From Craspedostauros australis (Eukaryota): a DNA stretch of 20,000 nucleotides. Location: NCBI GenBank assembly GCA_030167865.1, contig JALAGF010006677.1:55409-75408 (forward strand). Direction: 5' to 3'. A model generated the notes under the pieces. The model was given only the letters and a program-made list of their open reading frames with translations. It made no database searches and was not told the origin of the DNA. Below, one piece after another: positions 11,601 through 20,000 of the stretch (within the stretch, counting starts at the first letter, position 1; each line of letters opens with the position of its first letter). The position numbers were made by a program, and so were the translations under genes.

Positions 11601-14600
11601 AGCAATTGTCAAGTCGCCCCGCAGGTTGCACAAGGCTGCCACGGGAGCGCCACGATCATGACGCCTGCAGAAGCAACGAAGGGCAGCGTGCAAGCGCCAG
11701 ACGAGATTCAATCATCGCCAGGAACGGCAGCAGAAGCCGCTGCGACTGCAAATGGCGTAGCGTCACTGACGACCATGGCACCGACTCCGGCCAAAGCCGC
11801 AGCGGCACCGGAACTCGTGGGATCACCAACAGCAACAGATCCACAGGCAGTAGCAGCCGCTGCTGTAGATGGAGCTGTAGTCGGAGGTGCAGCGCCGACA
11901 ACAACGCTGGCACCATCACTAACAACAACAACAACAACATCATCGCCATCAACAGCAGCAGCGAAGGCAGAGACAACGGCATCTCCTGACAAAGCAAATA
12001 TCCAAGTTAAAGTAAACGACGCGCCATCAGCACCAAAAACTCTGAAGGAGCTGAAGAAGGAACAAGCGACGTTGGAAAAGAAATTGGAGAAGCTGAAGAA
12101 GAAGCGAGCAGACAGCATCAAACGACTAGCTGACTACGAAAAGATGAGCGAGGGTGCGAGAGCGAAAGAAACCGATGAGGACAAGAACGCTGCAGCTATC
12201 CGCAGATGGTGCATCCGTGTGCGATCTCTCGTCCTCATCCCGTCATCCACGGAGCTCGTGGAGGCGGCACGTCCACTGCAGAATGGAACTCTCTCTGGCG
12301 CGATGCTCATGGTGATGAGCGACTCGCTCAAACTCGGAGTGTCACGTTTTGCTGACGTGAAGATGATGCTAAATTGGTTCAAGTGCATCTGCTGGAGTTC
12401 GATGACGATGTCCGTCCTCACTAGGATGCCAACACTGGCCGAAGCCAACAGGATCATTTCGCTGGCCTCCTCCCTCCAGCTCCCCGACGAAAGAGCTCTG
12501 CGAACTCTGAAATCTATCGTGCAGCGAGTCAACTACTGGCACCAACGGGCATCGAAGGCAATCGCACCGAAGGGCGGATCCACGAAGTCCATCAACATGG
12601 TTCTGCTTCGGCAGCTCATGACGGATTACTCGGCGTTGCCCATCGCCCTACCCGACATCAGCAGATTCGAAATGGCGGTCAATGACAGAGGCGCTCGGTA
12701 TTGCATCTGTGGTGGACCGAAGAATGGCACAGCAATGATCGGATGCAAGAAGTGCAGATCTTTGTATCACGCCAACTGCATTGAATCGCACAAGGGCAGT
12801 GCGGTCAAGAACGCAAAGGAATGGATTTGTTACGGCTGTGCGGGACAGAAGATGCCTTCGATGAAGATTCCAAGGCCAGACATCTTCCCACCGCAAGACG
12901 AGCCAGACTTCAAGTTCGACGCCGCGAAGATCGATTGGACCATGCTGCATGCACCGAACCCTACCGAACTGTGGCCGCCATTTGGGTTGTTTGGAGCCGA
13001 GAAGGCGGTCGAAGCCCTTGGTCACGATGCCTCCAGATACCCGGATGATATTGCGGTGCTGCATGAGAAAGCCGTTACCAGCGATGAATCTCCTAGCATC
13101 CGGCTTTCGGAAGGATCAGTGCCGCTATGCCTCGTTGTCAACCCACACGGAAACAGCCCACAGCGCCAACAGAATCAACAACAGCCTACGCAGCAACAGC
13201 CGCAGCAACAACAACAGTCGCATATTCCAATAGCAGCTGCGGCGCACTCAGTCCATCCGACGGTGAGAGTGCTAACTCCGCCAGCAGCTACGCCAGTGCT
13301 GCCAATCTCAGTGGCACGAGTAGCTGTGCCGCGAGGGGGAGCGTTGGTTGGGGCACCACACGCAGTCGCAACCCAGCTGCCAGTTGTCACGTCGACGATC
13401 GTCCAAATGACGGCATCATCATCTGCAGCAGCAGCATCAACCATTGCAGGGGCAGTAGTTGCGACACCAGTGCCAGCAGCCGTACCAACGGTACGAGCAG
13501 CTTCAGGTGTGGTAGCAACCCCACCAGGACCAACAGTATCAGCCGTGCCAACAGCGATGCCAAGGCTTCAACTTTCTGCCACACAGGCACAGCCACTGCA
13601 CCTGCAGATGAGAGTTGCGCAACCACCAGAGGCAGTGAAAAGCGATGCGTTCACTATCTCCCTCGCCACAAAGGCGGCTCAACCAATCCAGCCTCCCTTG
13701 CCCACGACAAACCAAACCCAAGGCCAGACCATCGGATCCACATGGGTCCAAATCAGATCTCCTGGCAACGCGGCACCGCCAACCTTGACCCCTCCGAACA
13801 TCGCAGTCGTGAACGTGCCGGCATCGGGTGCGAGCCCGCAGGTTGTCCGCCAAACACAGGCCGCCCCGGTAGACTACGTGAAGGCAACCAGCGCACTTCC
13901 AGCGCCTGTTCCTGCTACCGCAGTAGCTGCGGAGACTGCCGCAGCCAGTCGCAGCCGGCACATACTTACAGCTGCTGCTCCGGAAGTTCATGGGGGTGCT
14001 GTTGCTGCTGGAGCGAGAGTGAATTTGAAGGCTGACTCCGAGCAATCATCAAGATTGGCAACGACAGCAACACAACCACCAACAGCCATGGAGATCGATA
14101 CGAGCAATGGCGGCCCAGTTTCACAAGGTCCCCTGGTCACTTCTCCGGGTGTTGCCAAGGAAGATGGTGAAGTGAATGAGTTGGCGGTAAACCCATTCAC
14201 CGCACCAGTGGATAATTCTATCGGCACCGTCACAGATATTATCACAGCAGACAAGACACAGCCGGAAGGCACCCTGCAGCACCAGCGACAACTGAAGCCG
14301 GAAGACTCCGACGTTTACACAGCACAGCAGATCTCAAACACTAGTACGAATGGCGATGTCGGTCTGCGCAGGCCATTGCAATCTGCAGCATGTCCGCTGT
14401 CGGATGACATGCCTATGCTAACAAACGGGTGCAATGTGGTCCACGATCAAATGGATGTGGACTGTCGTGAGATCGAGCCTGCGGGCACCCAGAATCCAAC
14501 CACGCCGCCGATGGATGTGAAGTGCGTTGCATGCAAGGTTGACGATCTCACGGAGGGGAGCATCATCACCGCAACGGGAGCGGTGACGAGTACAACAACG

Positions 14601-14822
14601 TCATCAGCCTCGAACGACAGCAACGACCTCAGCGTGGATGAGACCGAAAGCAGAATGAACGTTGACAACGAGACTGCATCACACGGTCAGTACCACAACC
14701 AGCAACTGGCCGGAACGACCGAAGCCAACGGCGTCGCAGGACAGGCATCCGTCGTGTCGCTGCAGCTACCGCAGGTTCTGCCAGGTGTTGTGGTGGCCAC
14801 CAAGACGAACCATGGGATTTAG
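5625..14822 (+). CDS. Large (~2700 aa) chromatin-associated protein: ELM2-like motif, PLU-1-like helical region, two PHD fingers, low-complexity tail. Proposed exons 5625-5949, ~6574-7251, 7478-10477, 10723-14822
   Basis: Phase-consistent introns: 7252 GTAAGC..CAG 7477 and 10478 GTATGT..TTCAG 10722 (both phase 1). The first intron, 5950 GTGAGT..TCCTCTCCAG 6573, is less certain (alternative AG at 6561). Summed exons = 8103 nt (2701 codons). ELM2-like 'PRLGTNFQTKVP' at 5769-5804. Recurrent W..kA..l / i..L...g..lpv helical repeats resemble KDM5 PLU-1. Confidence 0.75.
11061..11195 (+). other. PHD finger 1
   Basis: YCVCRRSHEGFMIGCDQCDEWYHGACIGI...FVCMRC: C4HC3 pattern with Y, M and W at the aromatic-cage positions of H3K4me3-binding PHDs. 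Confidence 0.92.
12699..12839 (+). other. PHD finger 2
   Basis: YCICGGPKNGTAMIGCKKCRSLYHANCI...WICYGC: C4HC3 pattern, with L in place of the cage W. Confidence 0.88.
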
Positions 14823-15262
14823 AATCGGGAGGTGAATTTCGCACTGTTTCTTCACATTCGTGCGCATGTTGGTGCCTTTTTCCAACACGGTTCCATAGAA
14901 ATACGAGCTAGAATACTACTACCAGTATGTATGCGGTGATCTTCTCATCTTCTTCCTGAACTCTCGTAGCTTGTACATCGGCGACGACAAGGAAGAAGAG
15001 TCGCAGTCCCACGGTATGAGGACGCCTGTTCTCAGTATGTTGCGGTAGCGTGTGCAACATCATGTTTAGCTCATGTTGCTTCGTCATACAAAACGTCTCC
15101 TTGCATCAACAGCATCACGATACACATGGCCATGCGGCTGCCAAGTCGTCACAGGAGCTGCATCTTCTGCTCCATCCACTATCAGCCGCACGCACGGACT
15201 ATCGTCAAGGTGCACCGTTCTTGCATGGAATACTCGTATGTGCTCTAGAGTAGTATTATGCG

Positions 15263-16904
15263 TTATGCTATCGACGTCTCTCTCACTTCCGCAGGTTCCA
15301 CGAGAGAATACTCGTGATTGACAAAGTCTCTGTCGAACATGAATGACCGATATGTGTCTGGTCCGCCAGGGAATCCCCCTTTTCGCAAGCCGTTGGCAGC
15401 ATCGTAGATCTCCTGCATGGCGTTGGAAGCGTACGTAATTAGGATGAAGATGGGGTGAGGAATGGCGGACAATGGCGCAAAAGCCAGGGGAAACGACAGC
15501 AAGCAACGACAGCGACAACAAAGACAATGACTCCATTGTGCCCACAAGAACCACCACCACAAGCGTACGTACCTTGTTGACCGAGATGTAACCTTCCATG
15601 TCTGCGTCGTAAATCCCCGCCGTCTTCGCCAGGTCTCTGCAATAATCCCATTGGGCGTTGCCCAAGTAATGCGTGTCTTGGATGCGGCCGTTGGGCACGC
15701 CCCCGCAGCTGACAGAGTCCTGTTGCGCCGCATTCAGACGATCTTCCACAGATGGCAAGACCGATGCAGCGGTCCATGTGGCGCACACGGCCTCGGCTTG
15801 CAATTCGAAGAAGGGGAAGGGAAGGATGGAATGCGGCAAGCCGACGAATGCCAAATTGGGATGGTGGGCGTGCCACAGCTGTCGGTAAAGAGGTTTGACA
15901 CGGCGTTCGCCGTCTGGGAATTGGACGTCCAGGTTGCTGTCGTCGTTGAGGAATGGGAATTCGTAGTCGTATCCGGAACACATAATGATGCGGTCGATTG
16001 TGTTCGGTGGGATCGTGATGCCGGTCTCCTTGTCACCAAACTGTATGGAGCCGTCTTGCAGCACCTGCGTCGTTTTTGGGACCCACGCGCCATTGTCCGC
16101 GGTCTCTGGTTGTCCATCCACCAGCGGCGGACAGGTGGAATCGGATAAGTAGACGTAATCGGCGTGCTCCATAATCTCACGAGTCAGGTCCGCTCCACTG
16201 GCACGGGCGCCGATGCAAAGGACCGTTTCGGATTGGAACATCGCGGGGTCGTCGTATTCGATGGAGTGCATGACCTTGCCCTGGAAGTATTGGTCCAGTC
16301 CTGGAATGCGCGGGCTAGATGCTTTGGCATAATGGCCGTTGCAAATCAAGACGGCGTCAAACACATCGCTCTGCACATTGGAATCTTCTTCGCCAGTACT
16401 CGTCAGCTGTTGTTTTCCATGTTCATGTCCATGCTGCTGGTCTTGCTGCTGGTCTGTCTCGCTGACCGTCCATGAGAGTCTGATCTTGGGCCATGTCTCT
16501 GTGTCTGGTGACAGCGCCGACGGTTGGTCTGACAGGACAGTCAGCTGACGCACGGAATGGCCATGATGAATGTACCGCCCCAGCCGGAAGGAATCGCGGT
16601 AGCTCTCCAGATAGCGCGCAACATCGCGATGCGTGACGAAGCTGCCGCCATCCTGCGCTTCGAGCCAGGGCAGTTCGCGGTACCCCATGATCTCCTTGGG
16701 CAAGTTGGTGCGCAGACCTCGGTAGACGGGATCGCTGGTCGAATTGGAGACGTAGTTCCAGACGCCGCCCGTCTTGCGCGCATTCTTTTCAAAGACCTTG
16801 GGAGATGCCAGGCCGCTGCGCGAGACGACGCGCGCCGCCGCCAGACCGGATGCCCCGGCGCCGATTATGGCGATCTTCGGCTGCTGCGATGATGTCCGCA
16901 TCAT
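15263..16904 (-). CDS. Flavin-containing monooxygenase (class B FMO); exons 16904-15573 and 15412-15263, 493 aa
   Basis: FAD motif GAGASG, GGVW, 'YRGLRTNLPKEIM', 'FDAVLICNGHY', FMO motif FQGKVMHSIEY, NADPH motif GARASG, and 'CSGY'. A phase-0 intron 15572 GTACGT..TGCAG 15413 joins VNK|EIYDAA. Confidence 0.92.
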
Positions 16905-16920
16905 CGCTGACAGCTTTCAC

Positions 16921-17066
16921 TGTACTTCTTACCTCTTTACTAATCGTATTAATCAAATACTGGTCGGAGATTGTCCTCGGACAACTCACAATAAAACAAC
17001 AAGAGCTCCGACCAGGGCACGCAACAACGGGCCAATCAGTCTCAGTAGTTACTTGCATGTTTGACA
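16921..17066 (+). repeat. Putative 5' LTR (left end uncertain: TGT at 16921 or TGTC at 16972)
   Basis: Ends in ...TTGACA immediately before the PBS and contains AATAAA at 16990-16995. The 3' LTR is outside the window, so the left end cannot be confirmed. Confidence 0.55.
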
Positions 17067-17080
17067 GATTAAGAGTCGTG
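17067..17080 (+). other. Primer-binding site complementary to the tRNA-Lys(CUU) anticodon arm
   Basis: GATTAAGAGTCGTG. Its reverse complement CACGA-CTCTTAA-TC reads as 5-nt stem strand, CU-CUU-AA loop and 2 nt of the returning stem. Confidence 0.75.
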
Positions 17081-17120
17081 ATATCACCAACAAGCTTATC
17101 ACTATAACACCACTTCTACC

Positions 17121-18497
17121 ATGACGAGAACGATCAACAACAAAGCAGTAGCCGGATTCATCAAGGAGCTTGTCGGGCTGAACGACCAACAGATGTCTTT
17201 CATCACAAGCACTCTTGGACGCATCGACAATGCCATCCGCCTCACTGACCAAGAAATCGTGGACTCTTTGGTTCACTCCCCATCTCTCAACGCCGTCAAC
17301 ATCGGTAACGTCATGCGCATCTTCGAATACGCACGTCACAACGCCGTCGACGACACAACGAACTGGGAAGCCATCCATGACTTCAACGAAGGTCGCAACT
17401 ACAAGCTACCAACAATCGACTCGTCCGTGGCAATCTCGACGACCAAACTTCGCCTCGAGATGGACATGAAGCAAGCGGCCGCAGCCGTGCAAGCCAACGA
17501 GATGGTTGTACGCTCGCCGCAACGCGGAGGCGCAAGCACGCGCTCTCCATCAACACCTACCAACTGGCGCTATGACAAGGTCTCCATCCCAGACCCTCTC
17601 CCTTTCTCCGGTCTGAACGAAGACTGGCGTGATTGGAAGATATCCTTCGAGCGGTCCATGGTGACCACTCGATTCTCCAAGTACATGGACCGGGAGCGTC
17701 CAGCTGGATACGAGCAACACGTCGACCGACAGTTCCATTCGGTCATCAACGCATTGACCTATCAGGGGGACGCCGATTTCCTTGTCTCAGCTCACCGCAA
17801 CAGTGGACACGATGCATGGCAAGCATTGATTCAGCTCTACGAATCCGAGGAGAATCAGGCGCAAACAGTCGCCGAGCAAGAAGTCTACCTGACCCAGCTC
17901 TCCTTCGACGGATCCGAGCCATTCACCAAGTACGTCAACGCGTTTTCCAAATCCCTTCAAGTCATGAAGGACAACGGCAAGGAGATGACGGAAGAGCACA
18001 TCATTGCGCAATTCTTCCGCAACATCCGTGATGAGCGCTACGTAAGCGAGGTGTCTCGTCTCCGCAAGGAGAAGCTCACCTTCGCTGAGATCCGCAAGGA
18101 ACTCATGGAACATGATCGTGTGCTGACCAACATCGAAGCACATCAATCTCCTCGGCGTAACCGTCGACTTCAGACCAAGCAGGGCGGACGCAACGACCGC
18201 AAGCGACCACACGATGGCCAATCCGGCGAACGCAAATCCGCACCCGCATTTCGGCTGTCGGACAGCGTCTTCAGACGCCTCCCAGCCTGCCAACAGGCAC
18301 TCCTTGTGGAGGCCACGCGGTACTACCGCAAGAATGGGAAGAACATCGACGATGAGACCCTCAAGAAACTCAAGCCAGCGGAGTTCGCACAGAACCTCCA
18401 GCTGCCGCTCACACGCAGAGCAGCCAAGCGCGACCGAACCCACGGGACCCCGACTCGCGACGGCAAGAAACGCGGATCATACGGCGACAGCTCTTGA
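17121..18497 (+). CDS. gag: Gag (458 aa) of copia-type element
   Basis: Copia gag-like motifs 'PFSGLNEDWRDWK', 'SGHDAWQALIQLYE' and 'FTKYVNAF', plus a basic C-terminal tail. No CCHC knuckle. Confidence 0.85.
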   Translation: MTRTINNKAVAGFIKELVGLNDQQMSFITSTLGRIDNAIRLTDQEIVDSLVHSPSLNAVNIGNVMRIFEYARHNAVDDTTNWEAIHDFNEGRNYKLPTIDSSVAISTTKLRLEMDMKQAAAAVQANEMVVRSPQRGGASTRSPSTPTNWRYDKVSIPDPLPFSGLNEDWRDWKISFERSMVTTRFSKYMDRERPAGYEQHVDRQFHSVINALTYQGDADFLVSAHRNSGHDAWQALIQLYESEENQAQTVAEQEVYLTQLSFDGSEPFTKYVNAFSKSLQVMKDNGKEMTEEHIIAQFFRNIRDERYVSEVSRLRKEKLTFAEIRKELMEHDRVLTNIEAHQSPRRNRRLQTKQGGRNDRKRPHDGQSGERKSAPAFRLSDSVFRRLPACQQALLVEATRYYRKNGKNIDDETLKKLKPAEFAQNLQLPLTRRAAKRDRTHGTPTRDGKKRGSYGDSS

Positions 18498-20000
18498 CAA
18501 TCAACGACGGGCACACTTCGCCGTCAGTCTGAGATTGCCATCCGTGTCAAGCCCCGCGACTGTAGGGGGGAGACGCGTACAGCTGCAGAGGGACGGCCCA
18601 AGCGTGCACGCATTGTGGAACCCCGAGTGCCGCCGTCGAGCATAACCCACCCGCATGTCGAACACTGTCTTCGCAGGGCAAGAGTGATGGACGGTAGCCA
18701 GGGCTACATCGTATTGGACTCAGGGGCGGACGGCGACATCGTACATGCATCCGGATGGGTGGTGACCCGAAAACACACGCAGACTTTCCAAGCCCGCGGG
18801 GCGACGATGGAGTCACAAATCGAGACCTTCCAGATGGTCGACGCGGTGGCAGCATATGAATCACCCACAGGGGATGTGATTCTGATCAAGGCAAACTTCG
18901 TGGCGCTTGACGAGCACCCAAGGCAGACAGAGTCATTGATGAATACTCATCATATGCGCGCGTCCGGACTGAACGTCTACGATCGCCTCATTCAACACCA
19001 AGGGCAACAGCGCATCGCGTCAGGGGGGATCAGTATACCACTGGCCAATCATGACGGCAACACTCTGCGCATACCCATACGAAAACCGACGGCTCACGAG
19101 CTCGATAACACTACTAAGCATATCACGATATGCGACAGGCACCAACGACTTCGACGTAACAACCAACGGGTTGACTTCGGCGAAGTGTTCAAGCATCTCC
19201 CACAACAGGTGGTTGAGAAGACCATGGCGGCATCAACCCAGCTGGCGGACAAACCGATAGAGGCCGAGTCAAGACTCATCCCACGGCAATACCGTACACA
19301 GCGCGCAGGGATATTGCTACCACACCGACTTCACGGAAGAGTCGACACCGATCCATTCTTTTCCACCATCCAGTCGATCCGACACTACAAATGCTTTCAG
19401 CTGTTCATACACAGCGAATCCAAGCTGATTTGGACCAAGCCACTCCGACGGGAGGCGATGGCGCCAGGGGCGCTAACCGACTTCATCCTCAACGTTGGGG
19501 CACCAGACCTGCTCATTTCCGACAATTCACAAGTGCAGTCGGGCAAGGCATGGAAGGCGGTAACATCCAAGCACATGATCAAGCATTCGTTCACAACGCC
19601 AATGAACCAGAACCAGAACCGAGCGGAACGCGCTATCGGAGACATCAAGCGGCACGCATACCAACTCATTTGGGCGGCATCTGCGCCACTCGAATTCTGG
19701 TGCTACGCGGTACAGCACGCTGTCGACGTTTGGAACTTCACGGCCAAGGCCAGCATCCAATGGAAGACGCCGATCGAACTTGCTCGGGGCAACACACCTG
19801 ACATCTCTATGTTTCGTTTCACTTTCTTCCAACCGGTATGGTTCTTCGAACCGATGACGAAGTTCCCAGCTCATCCCTTCAAGCCAGGATATTTCCTGGG
19901 AATCGCGTGGGATCATGGCGATCCATTTACATACCACATCTGGTCACCGAAGGCCGACGACATCAAGAAAGGCACAGCACTCGTCCGGAACATCGTGAAA
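18498..20000 (+). CDS. pol: Pol (aspartic protease + integrase core; 3'-truncated by window), in frame with gag
   Basis: Translated by hand: stop-free from 18498 to 20000. Protease 'YIVLDSGAD' (DSG 18717-18725). Integrase 'VDTDPFF' (D 19350), 'LISDNS' (D 19521), 'QNRAERAIG' (E 19626), then 'FWCYAV', 'TPDISMFRF' and 'GYFLGIAWDHGDPFTYHI'. Confidence 0.92.

Larger units (their letters stand above)
16921..20000 (+). mobile_element. Ty1/copia LTR retrotransposon (CoDi-like), 5' part, continuing beyond the window
   Basis: Putative LTR ending TTGACA, PBS, gag, then protease followed directly by integrase with no RT between them (copia order). No frameshift or extra stop in the visible coding region. 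Confidence 0.92.

Noticed and set aside
15084..15572. Hydrophobic C-terminal extension of the 606-aa FMO ORF as a membrane anchor
   Set aside because: It is translation through the intron 15572-15413. The spliced frame gives a plausible FMO C-terminus.
18495..18497. Gag stop as simple pseudogenisation or an alternative genetic code
   Set aside because: No other disablement in ~2.9 kb of coding sequence, and its position and context are specific. Trp is TGG throughout and no other internal TGA occurs in the window's genes.
18555..18575. G-run TAGGGGGGAG as polypurine tract or frameshift site
   Set aside because: It lies inside the open pol frame, no frameshift is needed, and it is far from the 3' LTR.
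1..20000. CRISPR arrays, rRNA or complete tRNA genes, prokaryotic operons
   Set aside because: No regularly spaced repeats or full cloverleaf were seen. The tRNA-like 14-mer is only a PBS, and the gene structure is eukaryotic.

Overview
Eukaryotic, intron-containing DNA, most likely from a diatom or other ochrophyte (ASAFAP-type bipartite plastid signal, CoDi-like copia element). The window holds: (1) the 3' end of a COG3899-type helical-repeat protein gene; (2) a 407-aa putative membrane protein; (3) a plastid-targeted coiled-coil protein; (4) a ~2700-aa, probably 4-exon chromatin protein with an ELM2-like motif, PLU-1-like helical region and two PHD fingers but no visible JmjC; (5) a 2-exon flavin-containing monooxygenase; and (6) the 5' ~3 kb of an apparently intact Ty1/copia LTR retrotransposon sitting just upstream of the FMO start codon. 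The retroelement is the most interesting part. Its gag and pol are in the same frame, separated by one UGA in a perfect CARYYA readthrough context with a candidate downstream stem. Its primer-binding site is complementary to the anticodon arm of tRNA-Lys(CUU), implying half-tRNA priming by a non-methionine tRNA. The pol frame is missing from the supplied ORF track because it runs off the window.
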